Part shown: positions 1-8,528 of the stretch, piece by piece | Numbering within the stretch: position 1 is the first letter of the stretch | Layout: each line of letters opens with the position of its first letter | Source of the DNA: Christensenellales bacterium | GTDB lineage: Bacteria; Bacillota; Clostridia; Christensenellales; CAG-138 | Direction of reading: 5' to 3' | Length of the DNA: 52,245 nt | NCBI GenBank assembly: GCA_045224495.1 | Contig: JBGVAK010000086.1 | Coordinates: 1-52,245, forward strand | Notes under the pieces: model-generated | Told to the model about the DNA's origin: nothing | Seen by the model: only the letters and a program-made list of their open reading frames with translations | The model's database searches: none | Translations under genes and position numbers: made by a program

Positions 1-712
1 CACGGACGTAGATGTAGCCCTGGTTCGCGTTGATGGCATAGCCCGCGATGCACATGGCTTCCAGGATGGCGTGGGGATCGCCTTCCAAGACGGAACGATC
101 CATGAACGCGCCGGGGTCGCCCTCGTCGGCGTTGCAGACCACGTACTTGTTGGGAGTCTGGTTGACCGCCGCAAACTTCCACTTGAGACCGGTGGGGAAG
201 CCGGCGCCGCCGCGGCCGCGCAGGCCGGACTTGGTGACCTCTTCGATGACCTGCTCGCGGGTCATCTCGGTCAGGACCTTGCCCAGGGCGGAATAGCCGT
301 CCATGGCGATGTACTCCTCGATGTCCTCCGGGTTGATGACGCCGCAGTTGCGGAGCGCCACACGGAGCTGGGGCTTGTAGAACTCGATGTCCTTCAGGGT
401 GGGGACCTCGACCTTCTGGCCGCCCTCGGAATCACGGTGGACCAGGCGCTCCACGATACGGCCCTTCAGGAGATGCTCGGAGGCGATCTCGGGCACATCG
501 GAGACCTTCACGCGGGAGTAGAAGGTGCCATCGGGATAGATGATCATGACGGGGCCCATTTCGCAAAGGCCGAAGCAGCCGGTGCGCACGACCTTGACTT
601 CATCCTGCAGACCCAGTTTGACGATCTCCTGCTCCATGGCTTCGGCGATCTTGGGGCTGTCAGAAGAGGTACAGCCCGTACCGCCACAGATCATTACATG
701 TGTACGAATCAT
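1..712 (-). CDS. NuoF-like NADH/FMN-binding subunit of an electron-bifurcating [FeFe]-hydrogenase (HydB-type); the C-terminal part lies beyond the window edge
   Basis: I translated the minus strand from the ATG at 712 (SD GGAGG at 722-726). It gives MIRTHVMICGGTGC...RTGCFGLCEMGP (thioredoxin-like 2Fe-2S), then GLRGRGGAGFPTGLKW and CNADEGDPGAFMDR (NuoF motifs). It is absent from the ORF track because it runs off the edge. Confidence 0.9.
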   Translation of the reverse strand, partial: MIRTHVMICGGTGCTSSDSPKIAEAMEQEIVKLGLQDEVKVVRTGCFGLCEMGPVMIIYPDGTFYSRVKVSDVPEIASEHLLKGRIVERLVHRDSEGGQKVEVPTLKDIEFYKPQLRVALRNCGVINPEDIEEYIAMDGYSALGKVLTEMTREQVIEEVTKSGLRGRGGAGFPTGLKWKFAAVNQTPNKYVVCNADEGDPGAFMDRSVLEGDPHAILEAMCIAGYAINANQGYIYVR

Positions 713-730
713 TCTCAATAACCTCCGTTA

Positions 731-1096
731 TTATTCTGCGGCACCGATGGTGTATTCGGTGATGGGCTTTCCGCCAAGGATGTGCTCCTTGACGATCCGG
801 GGGACCATGGCGGGCTTTACCTTCACGTAGGTGACCCGCTCCTTGCCGCCCTCAAAGACCTCCACGATGGGCTCGAGCCGGCACATGCCGATGCAGCCGG
901 TCTGGGTCACGGTGGCGTTGTCGGCATGCTGCTTGCTGACTTCCTCCACAAAGGCGTTGAGCACGGGCCGGGCGCCGGCGGCGATACCGCAGGTGGCCAT
1001 GCCGACGACGATGCGGATATCGCCGTCCTTCTCGCGCAGAGCGACCCTATCCTTCATTTTGTTCCGAATCGCTGCAAGTTCCTCAAGACTTTTCAT
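731..1096 (-). CDS. Thioredoxin-like [2Fe-2S] ferredoxin domain protein
   Basis: 121 aa with MATCGIAAGA and GCIGMCRLEP motifs. SD AAAGGAAA lies upstream. Same strand as the hydrogenase genes. Confidence 0.8.
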   Translation of the reverse strand: MKSLEELAAIRNKMKDRVALREKDGDIRIVVGMATCGIAAGARPVLNAFVEEVSKQHADNATVTQTGCIGMCRLEPIVEVFEGGKERVTYVKVKPAMVPRIVKEHILGGKPITEYTIGAAE

Positions 1097-1141
1097 AGTT
1101 GTTTTCCTTTCGTAGTTTTTGGTTATGTTGTAAGCTTTCGC

Positions 1142-1693
1142 CTAAAAACCGTATTGCTCGTTCAAGCTCTCTCGGGCCCATTCCAGGACCTCGAAGCTGT
1201 TGAGCGGGATCTCGTCTCCCAGAGCTTCCCTCATCTCCCGTGTGTCCAAGTGTACCGTTTCCCCGTTGGGCAGCTCATGCTCGAAGAGGAAGTCCACGTC
1301 AGGACAGCCCTGAATGAGACTGATCAAAGTGGACACCACGTCCCCCAAAGGGGTGAAATCCATGTGATCCTTATAGAAGAACGCTGAAATGACCGTTCCG
1401 TGGTCCTCCGGGCTCATCTCTATGGTTTTGGAAGAAATAGTCAGTTCGCCGCCGGTCTGCTCCGCCGCCAGTTTGAACAGGGGGATGCCCATGCCTACCT
1501 TGCGGGTCTTGCGCGTGGTGGAGAAGGGATCCATCACCGTTTTCAGGAAGTCGGGCGACATGCCCTTGCCGTCATCCTCGATGGTGATGCGCAGCGTCTT
1601 TTCCGTTTCAGCCAGCAGGATCTGGATCAAACTGGCCTTGGCGGAAACGGAGTTCTGCACGATATCCAAGATGTTCAGGGACAGTTCCTTCAT
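1142..1693 (-). CDS. GHKL-type ATP-binding protein (HATPase_c, HydD-like)
   Basis: Start taken at MKELSLNILDIVQNS (ATG 1693, ATGA overlap with the upstream stop). N-box LDIVQNS, G1 DDGKGM, G2 GMGIPL. Confidence 0.75.
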   Translation of the reverse strand: MKELSLNILDIVQNSVSAKASLIQILLAETEKTLRITIEDDGKGMSPDFLKTVMDPFSTTRKTRKVGMGIPLFKLAAEQTGGELTISSKTIEMSPEDHGTVISAFFYKDHMDFTPLGDVVSTLISLIQGCPDVDFLFEHELPNGETVHLDTREMREALGDEIPLNSFEVLEWARESLNEQYGF

Positions 1694-2409
1694 GATTTCT
1701 TCTCCAACATGGTAAAGAGGGCTTTGCGTATGGCCTCCTCCCCCGCCTCCGGATCCACGTCCAGATGTACGCAGAAGCTGCCGTCGCTGATCTCCCACAG
1801 CCGATGGGCGTCCGAAGATACCAGGATCTTCCGTCCTTCCGCCAAGTCTCGCTTGTCTTCGTCATGGACCTCCGCCAGGGTGAACACCGGTTCGTCCGGG
1901 AAGAATCCCAGCACCGCCAAGAGGCCGTTGGCTTCCCGATCGATATGGGCCGGGTAGCATACTCCACCCATGGATCGGACCAGCTTCGCCCCTTCCTCGA
2001 TGGAAAGGGAGGTGGCCGCCGGAAGGAACCAGGGATCGTTGCCCACAGGCACGTCTCCTTCGCCCATTATGATCTGCTCGCCGAAGATCTCCGGTTTGTT
2101 CTTCACCTTCATGCGCCGTTCCTCCACCAGCTTGTCGAACTGCAGAGCCGTTTCAAGCTCGGGGAACAAGCAAACCATGTGGACGTCCTCCGCCGTAGTC
2201 AGCTCCATGCCCGGCACGGGCACGATGCCGTATTCGCGGCAGGCGGCATAGAAGGCAGGACAGTTCTTCGCCGTGTTGTGATCCGTCAACGCCATGATCT
2301 TGAGTCCATTGAGATATCCCATCCCCGCGATGTTGCAGGGGGTCATATCGTCCTCTCCGCAGGGGGAAAGGCAGGAATGGATGTGCAGATCTACGGCAAA
2401 GGCGTTCAT
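1690..2409 (-). CDS. PHP-family metal-dependent phosphoesterase
   Basis: Start at MNAFAVDLHIHS (ATG 2409, ATGA overlap). HxH, TDHN, GMELT, PAHIDR and SSDAH metal-ligand pattern typical of the PHP domain. Confidence 0.8.
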   Translation of the reverse strand: MNAFAVDLHIHSCLSPCGEDDMTPCNIAGMGYLNGLKIMALTDHNTAKNCPAFYAACREYGIVPVPGMELTTAEDVHMVCLFPELETALQFDKLVEERRMKVKNKPEIFGEQIIMGEGDVPVGNDPWFLPAATSLSIEEGAKLVRSMGGVCYPAHIDREANGLLAVLGFFPDEPVFTLAEVHDEDKRDLAEGRKILVSSDAHRLWEISDGSFCVHLDVDPEAGEEAIRKALFTMLEKKS

Positions 2410-2732
2410 GAGAGCAGGGCGGCTACCTTGGCGCACAGGTCGAACACCGACAAGGGGGAACGGTAGAAGTTGAGATCGTTTTCCACCGCTGCCTCCAGCG
2501 CCGCTTCGTCCGGCGTCACGTCTTCCGCGAAGATGACCATGGCCGCGTCCGTCAGGGAACAGACGGCCGGCACGTTCCGGTTGGACATGATGGTGATCCA
2601 GCAGTCGCCGCTTTGGGCCCGGCCCATGACCCAGCTCAGCAGGTCGCCCGCGTAGCCGCCGGTGACCGGCCGATCCTCGGCCTCGTGCAGGGGTTCCAGT
2701 TTCAGCGCATCTCTGATCTCAAACACGGTCAT
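2406..2732 (-). CDS. DRTGG domain protein
   Basis: Start at MTVFEIRD (ATG 2732, ATGA overlap with the stop of the hydrogenase-like gene). Contains a literal DRPVTGG motif. Confidence 0.75.
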   Translation of the reverse strand: MTVFEIRDALKLEPLHEAEDRPVTGGYAGDLLSWVMGRAQSGDCWITIMSNRNVPAVCSLTDAAMVIFAEDVTPDEAALEAAVENDLNFYRSPLSVFDLCAKVAALLS

Positions 2733-4018
2733 GACTTCTTCTCCATTTCGCTCATCAGATTCTTCAGGTGTTCCCGCATATGGACGATGCACTCGTCGAT
2801 CTTCGCCTCCCCCTTCACCACATCCTCCGCAAAGGCGCGGCAATTGGGGGCGCCGCAGGAGCCGCAGTCCAAAGCCGGCAGGCTTTCATGGATGTTCTCG
2901 ATGTCTGCCATCATGCGGATGGACTCGAAGCGACTGCTGTTCAGGGCGGATACGTTGGCGAAGGTGGCCGGCTTCACGGTCAGGATATCCTCCGGCACGT
3001 CCACGTCCCCGATCTGACGGGGCACATGATTGAGGCTCACCGGCATGTACCGGCGCAGGGTCTGCAAACGGACCTGGGCAATGTAGGGGTTTTCCACCGT
3101 AAGGACTCCGCCCACACAGCCGCCGTTGCAGGCGTCCAGCTCAGCAAATTCCACGCTGGGGAAGTTGCCCATCTCGATGCTGTCCAACACCCGGATCACG
3201 TTCTCGATGCCGTCGGCAGCGAGATACCGATCGTTCATCAGCGCCGAGCCTTCGCCGCCGGAGGAGGCCCAGCCAAGGCCGATCATGCCAGACTCGCTGG
3301 TGATCGTTGGGGTGCCCTTGGGCTTCATGGCGTTGAGAAGCTTGAAGTATACCTCGCTGATGGATACGACGTAGTCCACGCAGGGCTCTTCGTCCTCCTT
3401 GTCCCCGTTCTTGACCCAGCTGAACTTGGCCGGACAGGGACTGATGAACACCGTCTTGATGTCCTCCTTCTTCAGCTCCGGATGCTTCCTGAGCGCCTCC
3501 TCCTTGGCCATGCGGCCGGCGAGCTCGATAGGAGGCATCAGCGGCACGATATGGTCTATGAGGGACGGGAAGCGGATGGTGATGAGACGCACCACCACCG
3601 GGCAGGCGGAGCTGATGGCCGGACGGGGGATGTCGGGCCGCTTCATGTAGCGACGGGTGTATTCCGTGATGATCTCCGCGCAGCGAGACACCTCGAACAC
3701 GTCGTTGAAGCCCATGTCGAGCAAGCCCTGGAGCACGTAGTCCACGTCGGTCACGTTGATGAACTGACCAAAGAGCGAAGGAGCCGGCAGGGCGATCAGG
3801 TACTTCGAGCGATCCAGGTCCTCCAGGCTGTCGCAGATGGCCCGCTTGGCCTTGTAGGGGCAGACCCGGATGCACTCGCCGCAGTCGATGCACTGGATGG
3901 CATTGATCACGGCATGACCGTCACGGATGCGGATAGCTTCCGTAGGGCAGCGCCGCAGACAATGGGTGCAACCCTTGCATTTATCCAGATCCAGTGAAAC
4001 GGAGTGCCTGTATTCCAT
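2729..4018 (-). CDS. Putative sensory [FeFe]-hydrogenase-like protein (HydS-type, M2e-like architecture, no PAS domain)
   Basis: 429 aa. Two ferredoxin motifs (CKGCTHCLRRCP, CIDCGECIRVCP). H-cluster-like motifs SSACP / SPCPAK / ELDACNGGCVGG. C-terminal CGSCGAPNC-x16-C (Cx2Cx4Cx16C). SD GAGGGA. Confidence 0.85.
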   Translation of the reverse strand: MEYRHSVSLDLDKCKGCTHCLRRCPTEAIRIRDGHAVINAIQCIDCGECIRVCPYKAKRAICDSLEDLDRSKYLIALPAPSLFGQFINVTDVDYVLQGLLDMGFNDVFEVSRCAEIITEYTRRYMKRPDIPRPAISSACPVVVRLITIRFPSLIDHIVPLMPPIELAGRMAKEEALRKHPELKKEDIKTVFISPCPAKFSWVKNGDKEDEEPCVDYVVSISEVYFKLLNAMKPKGTPTITSESGMIGLGWASSGGEGSALMNDRYLAADGIENVIRVLDSIEMGNFPSVEFAELDACNGGCVGGVLTVENPYIAQVRLQTLRRYMPVSLNHVPRQIGDVDVPEDILTVKPATFANVSALNSSRFESIRMMADIENIHESLPALDCGSCGAPNCRAFAEDVVKGEAKIDECIVHMREHLKNLMSEMEKKS

Positions 4019-4036
4019 GCTTCCCTCTTTCTTGTG

Positions 4037-4462
4037 TTACCTGTTCTCGAATCCCAGTTCGATGGTGGTCCCCTGACCCACGACGCTGTCGATAGCGAAG
4101 GTGTCGGAGTAGCGCTTCATGTTGGGCAAGCCCATGCCGGCGCCGAATCCCAGGGCGCGGATGTTGTCCGGCGCGGTGGAATAGCCTTCCTGCATGGCCT
4201 GCTCCACGTCCTTGATGCCGGGGCCGGTGTCCTTGAGCACGATCTTGATGGTGGTATCGTCCACGTAGATATCGGCGTCGCCGCCGTTGGCGTGGATGAC
4301 CATGTTGATCTCGCCCTCGTACATGGCGATAGAGACCCGTCGGATCGTTTCCGGAGAGCAGCCCAGCTGCCGCAAAAGCCGCTTCACCTTGACGGATGCT
4401 TCGCCTGCGGAGGTGAAGTTTCCGCCATCGACCGTATAATGTACATGCAACGGTTCGGTCAT
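4037..4462 (-). CDS. RsbW/SpoIIAB-like GHKL ATPase (putative Ser/Thr protein kinase)
   Basis: EGEINMVIHA (N-box), KDTGPGI (G1), GFGAGMGL (G2). ATG 4462 is preferred because of the SD AGGTGA. An alternative GTG at 4471 would give a GTGA overlap with the upstream stop. Confidence 0.75.
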   Translation of the reverse strand: MTEPLHVHYTVDGGNFTSAGEASVKVKRLLRQLGCSPETIRRVSIAMYEGEINMVIHANGGDADIYVDDTTIKIVLKDTGPGIKDVEQAMQEGYSTAPDNIRALGFGAGMGLPNMKRYSDTFAIDSVVGQGTTIELGFENR

Positions 4463-4467
4463 GGGGA

Positions 4468-4806
4468 TCACCTGTGCAGTCCAGCTTCGTAAAGCCTCCC
4501 GCTCGCCTCATACATGGTCATAGCGGTGGCCAGGACAGCGATGTGGCTCAGTTTTGCAAGCGACACCACTTCCTCCGCAGGCTCCTTGCCCCGGACGAAG
4601 AGGATGCAGCTCATATCAAGCATCAGCGCGGTACGCACGGCCTGGGGGTTGTTGAGCCCCGTGAGGAGCAGCGCCTGATCCTGCGCGTAGGCAAGAACGT
4701 CGCTCATCATGTCGCTGCTGAACGCGGAATCGATCTCCATGTCCAGCATCTCCTCTCCCGTATATACCTTTGCACCGACCAGGCGGGCGACTTCTTCCAA
4801 TTTCAT
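4468..4806 (-). CDS. DRTGG-family domain protein (divergent)
   Basis: 112 aa with the same size and pattern as 2406-2732 (LLLTGLNNPQAVRTA...). Sits between the NuoE-like gene and the GHKL ATPase. Confidence 0.6.
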   Translation of the reverse strand: MKLEEVARLVGAKVYTGEEMLDMEIDSAFSSDMMSDVLAYAQDQALLLTGLNNPQAVRTALMLDMSCILFVRGKEPAEEVVSLAKLSHIAVLATAMTMYEASGRLYEAGLHR

Positions 4807-4813
4807 AGGGATG

Positions 4814-5314
4814 TTACTCGGCGCGGATCTTGTCGATGATCCCCTTCACGTCGGCGGGGACCAGACGGCCATAAACCTGATCGTCGATCATCATGACCGG
4901 CGCGAGACCGCAGCAGCCCAGGCAGCGGGCGGCTTCGATGGTGAACATGCCGTCGGGGGTGGTGTGACCAGCGGTGACGCCCAGAAGCTTCACCAGCTCG
5001 TCCAGAATGTCCTGAGAACCCTTTACGTAGCAGGCAGTGCCGAGGCATACGCGGATCAGATGCTTTCCCTTCGGCTCAAGGCTGAACCAGGCGTAGAAGG
5101 TGGAAACACCATAGACCTGTTCGAGGGAGCAGCCCAGTCCCTCAGCGATCATCGTCTGCACCTCTATGGGCAGATACCCATAGATATCCTGCGCCTTCTG
5201 CATTACGGGCATCAGAGCGCCGGGCTTTCCCTTGTGATCCGCAATGACCTGTTTGAGCGCGGCTTCCTGTTCGGCCGTGCCGGTGAATGGGATCGTGGTC
5301 TTCGTACTAGTCAT
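4814..5314 (-). CDS. NuoE-like [2Fe-2S] subunit of the bifurcating hydrogenase (HydC-type)
   Basis: VCLGTACYVKG and CLGCCGLAPV motifs. Start at ATG 5314, 6 nt after SD AAGGAGG (5321-5327). The longer track ORF from 5350 has no SD. Confidence 0.9.
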   Translation of the reverse strand: MTSTKTTIPFTGTAEQEAALKQVIADHKGKPGALMPVMQKAQDIYGYLPIEVQTMIAEGLGCSLEQVYGVSTFYAWFSLEPKGKHLIRVCLGTACYVKGSQDILDELVKLLGVTAGHTTPDGMFTIEAARCLGCCGLAPVMMIDDQVYGRLVPADVKGIIDKIRAE

Positions 5315-5399
5315 ACACATCCTCCTTGTTGATTTGTTTCGGGCTTCCAAATGACATACAACAACCGCCTGTTTTGCATAGGCACATTGTTACGAACGT

Positions 5400-5428
5400 A
5401 TTTTATCACAAGATATTCGTCTTGCCAA
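5400..5428 (-). promoter_or_regulatory. Sigma-A-type promoter of the hydrogenase operon
   Basis: Minus strand reads TTGGCA (5428-5423), N17, TAAAAT (5405-5400), with a TGa extended -10. This gives a leader of roughly 80 nt before ATG 5314. Confidence 0.6.
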
Positions 5429-5432
5429 TAGA

Positions 5433-5446
5433 TTAGCAATTGCTAA
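5433..5446. promoter_or_regulatory. Perfect 14-bp palindrome TTAGCAATTGCTAA, candidate operator or activator site
   Basis: Read directly. It ends 4 nt upstream of the -35 of the hydrogenase promoter, inside the AT-rich divergent intergenic region. Confidence 0.4.
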
Positions 5447-5583
5447 CTGCTTCTTTCGTGTGGAAAATTCTATTCAAAAATTAAAATAAAAATGGAAGAA
5501 TGACAGATTTGGGGCTTTAAAAATTTCAAATTATGGAGTATACTATGTTTGTATACTATTGAAATACGGAAAGAGGTATGCAT

Positions 5584-6390
5584 ATGGCTAAGCGCAAAAA
5601 GCTGATCATCACCCGGGAGGGCTATCTGTTTTTAGCAGCGGTGGGCGTTTTGCTCCTGGCGCTCATCATCGTCGCCTTCGCGACCAAGGGGTTCGGCGCC
5701 TGCAGCGGCAATAAGGCTGTAGAAGCCTCCGCTTCGCCCGCCGCCTCTGAGTACCACCCGGCGCCCACGGCCGCGCCGACGGATACGCCTGAGCCCGTCG
5801 AGACGCCGGAGGAGGAGACGCCTGCCCCCGATACGCCCGATCCCAGCGCCACCGACACCCCCGAACCCACAGTCGTCCTCTCTGACGATCCCAACGCGCT
5901 GCTGGAGCCTACGGCGGAGATGATCGCCGGTGCGGCAGAGGGCAAGCTCACCAAGAGCGGCGTGAACATGCGCCAGGGACCCAGTACGAATACTTCGATC
6001 ATCGCCACCGGCCTTAAAAGCGGCACCAAGCTGACGGTCTATGCGGAGGACGGCGACTTCTACTTCCTGCTGGTGAACGAGACGAAGAAGTACGGCTATA
6101 TCGCCAAGAAGTTCGTAAAGCTCCTCTCCGCCCTGGGAGAGACCTCCACCGGCAGCGACCAGCCGGAGGGCACCATCAAAGGCAACATCACCTCCAGCAA
6201 CCTGGCCCTGCGGGAGGGTCCCGGCGTGACCAACAAGTCCCTGGGACAATACTACGAAGGGAAGCTGGTCTACATCTTCCATCAGGAGGGCGACTACTAC
6301 TACGTCCAGGTAGCCGGCACCGATGCCAAGGGCTATATGTCCGCCCAGTTCATCAAGCCGGAGAGCGAAGTGCCCAAGAAGGACAGCTAA
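5584..6390 (+). CDS. Membrane-anchored protein with two SH3b-like domains and a Pro/Thr/Glu-rich linker
   Basis: N-terminal TM helix, PAPTAAPTDTPEPVETPEEETPAPDTP linker, and two repeats of the G.VN.R.GPS...G....G pattern. ATG 5584 is preferred (7 nt after AAGAGG). Confidence 0.7.
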   Translation: MAKRKKLIITREGYLFLAAVGVLLLALIIVAFATKGFGACSGNKAVEASASPAASEYHPAPTAAPTDTPEPVETPEEETPAPDTPDPSATDTPEPTVVLSDDPNALLEPTAEMIAGAAEGKLTKSGVNMRQGPSTNTSIIATGLKSGTKLTVYAEDGDFYFLLVNETKKYGYIAKKFVKLLSALGETSTGSDQPEGTIKGNITSSNLALREGPGVTNKSLGQYYEGKLVYIFHQEGDYYYVQVAGTDAKGYMSAQFIKPESEVPKKDS

Positions 6391-6411
6391 GCAAAACAGG
6401 CAGCACATGAC

Positions 6412-6446
6412 GGACCCCCTCCCATCCGGAGGGGGTCCTCTTTTTA
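6412..6446. terminator. Intrinsic terminator between convergent genes
   Basis: GGACCCCCTCC-catc-CGGAGGGGGTCC followed by TCTTTTTATT. Confidence 0.8.
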
Positions 6447-7238
6447 TTCTTCCTTATTTCGGTCCGCGGGCACGTTCTTGTCCGTGACGGGCCCGGTGAA
6501 CAGGGGATGGTCGTACCTGAGCCGCATCCTATCCCACAGCCCGTACTTCTCCGTGTTGGCGATGGCGTGGATCAGCTTCTCCTCCACGTCCGGCACCAGG
6601 GTGGACAGATGCCGGATCAGCTCCTTGGCCTCCTCCCGCTTCGTATGGCCCGCCGCGGGACAGTTGGCCTTCTGCACGGGGTATTCCCGCTGCCGGGCCA
6701 CGGACAGGGCGTGCTTCTCCGGCAGAAACACCAAAGGGCGTATGACGGTCACGTCGGAGCGGGATAGATAGGTCACCGGCGCGAAGGTGTTTACCCGGCC
6801 CTCGTAGAGCAAGCTCATGAAGAAGGTCTCGATCACGTCCTCCCGGTTGTGCCCTAACGCCACCTTGTTGCAGCCCCTGTCCCGGGCGGCGTTGTTGAGG
6901 GCGCCCCGGCGGAGCTTGGCGCACAGGGCGCAGGGGCTCTTTTCCTCCCGGATGTTGAAGACCACGTCCCCGATGTCGGTTTTGATCAGGGAATAGTCCA
7001 TGCCGATGCGGTCTGCAAAGTCGATTACGGCGGACCAATCCTGCTCCACGATGCCCAGGTCCAATGTGACGGCGCATACCTCAAACTTCGTTTTGGAAAA
7101 CCGTTGATACAGCTGCAGCGCCTCCATCAGCAGCAGGGAATCCTTGCCGCCCGACACGCCGATGCATACCTTGTCCCCGTCCTCCAGCAGATGATACCGC
7201 TCGTCCGCCCGACGGATGCTGCCCAAAACCCGTTTCAT
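6444..7238 (-). CDS. ttcA: tRNA 2-thiocytidine biosynthesis TtcA-family PP-loop ATPase
   Basis: SGGKDS PP-loop and CALCAKLRRG motif. Start at MKRVLG (ATG 7238) with SD GGAAGGA. Confidence 0.8.
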   Translation of the reverse strand: MKRVLGSIRRADERYHLLEDGDKVCIGVSGGKDSLLLMEALQLYQRFSKTKFEVCAVTLDLGIVEQDWSAVIDFADRIGMDYSLIKTDIGDVVFNIREEKSPCALCAKLRRGALNNAARDRGCNKVALGHNREDVIETFFMSLLYEGRVNTFAPVTYLSRSDVTVIRPLVFLPEKHALSVARQREYPVQKANCPAAGHTKREEAKELIRHLSTLVPDVEEKLIHAIANTEKYGLWDRMRLRYDHPLFTGPVTDKNVPADRNKEE

Positions 7239-7268
7239 GTGCCCAGATCCTTCCGTTTCGATTGGATA

Positions 7269-7297
7269 AGTATACACGGTTTAAAAAGCGCTGTAAA
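7269..7297 (-). promoter_or_regulatory. Sigma-A-type promoter of ttcA
   Basis: Minus strand reads TTTACA (7297-7292), N17, TATACT (7274-7269). Confidence 0.55.
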
Positions 7298-7403
7298 GCA
7301 AAACCGACGGATGTTATGATTTTGTCAATTTTTTGGGATTCCCAGCATTTTCCCTCGAAACATGCTATACTATGAAAACGAACCACAGGAAGGGAGGCAG
7401 CAT

Positions 7404-8468
7404 ATGAAGGCATCGAACGCTCATTCGCGTAGCCACGGCCCTGTTTTGCTTCTATGCCTGCTGCTGGTCATCTTCGTCTGCTGCGGATCGTTCTTGCTGG
7501 TGCATTTTCGGCGTCCCGTGACCGTGGCGACGGAGCCCACGCCCGTCCCCTATCCGCCCGTCCAGCAACAGCATTACACCTCCCAATACAAGGGCACCTC
7601 CGTCCCTTCCCTGCCCTCTGACTACCTCTATACCCCCGGTCCCACTCTGGAGCCTGCAGCGACCCCCACGGCGTCCCCAGCCTCGTCCGGTCTGCTGGGC
7701 GGCAAGTACGCCTGGCGCTTCTCCGACGAGGAGGTGGTGACCGATCACACCTATTCCAACCCCACCATCTCCATCTCCTGGGACATGTACCGGGACGAGA
7801 TCAATTACGGCAAACCCGTGACCTTCTACGTGGCCGACGTGCTCCTTCAGGATGTCCACGTCCTGACCACCGCCTTCGCTAAGGGCACCTACGGGGCCGG
7901 CGGCGTCACGTCCATGGAGAAGATCGCCCGGAACAACAACTGCATCGTCGCCATCTCCGGCGACTTCGCCCGCTGGCACGAAAACGGTCTCATCGTCCGC
8001 AACGGGGAGGTGTTCCGAAAGAAGCGGTACTCCTCCGACCTGTGCGTCCTGTACCCGGACGGCGTGATGGAGACCTATGTGCCAGGATCCGTGCCCATCG
8101 AGGAGATCATGGAGCAGGACCCCTGGCAGAGCTGGCATTTCGGGCCGGAGCTCCTGGACCACGACGGTCAGCCCAAGACCAAATTCAACACCGGTGTATG
8201 GGGCCGGAACCCCCGCTCCGTCATCGGTTACTATGAGCCGGGCCACTACTGTCTGGTGCTGGTGGACGGACGGCAGGGCCGGTACTCTGGCGGCCTCGAC
8301 ATGCCGGAATTGAGCCAGCTCATGTATGCCCTGGGCTGTGTGCGGGCTTACAACCTGGACGGCGGCGCCACGGCCCATATGACCTGGTTGGATGACGTCA
8401 TCAACTCCCCCAGCAAGGACCGACAGGTCCACGACGTGATCTGCGTCTGCTTCCCCACCGGCGCATAA
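7404..8468 (+). CDS. Phosphodiester glycosidase family protein (NAGPA/DUF2233-like), membrane-anchored
   Basis: TM helix plus a Pro-rich linker. C-terminal IGYYEPGHYCLVLVDGR and NLDGGATA blocks. Start at MKASNAH after SD GGAAGGGAGG. An extended -10 TGcTATACT lies at 7363-7371. Confidence 0.7.
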   Translation: MKASNAHSRSHGPVLLLCLLLVIFVCCGSFLLVHFRRPVTVATEPTPVPYPPVQQQHYTSQYKGTSVPSLPSDYLYTPGPTLEPAATPTASPASSGLLGGKYAWRFSDEEVVTDHTYSNPTISISWDMYRDEINYGKPVTFYVADVLLQDVHVLTTAFAKGTYGAGGVTSMEKIARNNNCIVAISGDFARWHENGLIVRNGEVFRKKRYSSDLCVLYPDGVMETYVPGSVPIEEIMEQDPWQSWHFGPELLDHDGQPKTKFNTGVWGRNPRSVIGYYEPGHYCLVLVDGRQGRYSGGLDMPELSQLMYALGCVRAYNLDGGATAHMTWLDDVINSPSKDRQVHDVICVCFPTGA

Positions 8469-8470
8469 GC

Positions 8471-8500
8471 TTGTGCCGTCCCCTTCCTTTGTGGTATACT
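8471..8500 (+). promoter_or_regulatory. Sigma-A-type promoter of rmuC
   Basis: TTGTGC, N18, TGgTATACT (extended -10). Confidence 0.5.
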
Positions 8501-8528
8501 GTATCCGACTTCAGCTTGGAGATATGTT

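Noticed and set aside
71-721. A 216-aa plus-strand ORF at the left edge.
   Set aside because: The minus strand here translates into a textbook NuoF-like sequence, so the plus-strand frame is its GC-rich shadow.
5380-5412. A possible Rex operator (TTGTGAT...TAACAA) overlapping the -10 of the hydrogenase promoter.
   Set aside because: The half-sites are separated by about 12 nt instead of the 4-6 nt of TTGTGAA-N4-TTCACAA-type Rex boxes, so it is not a credible match.
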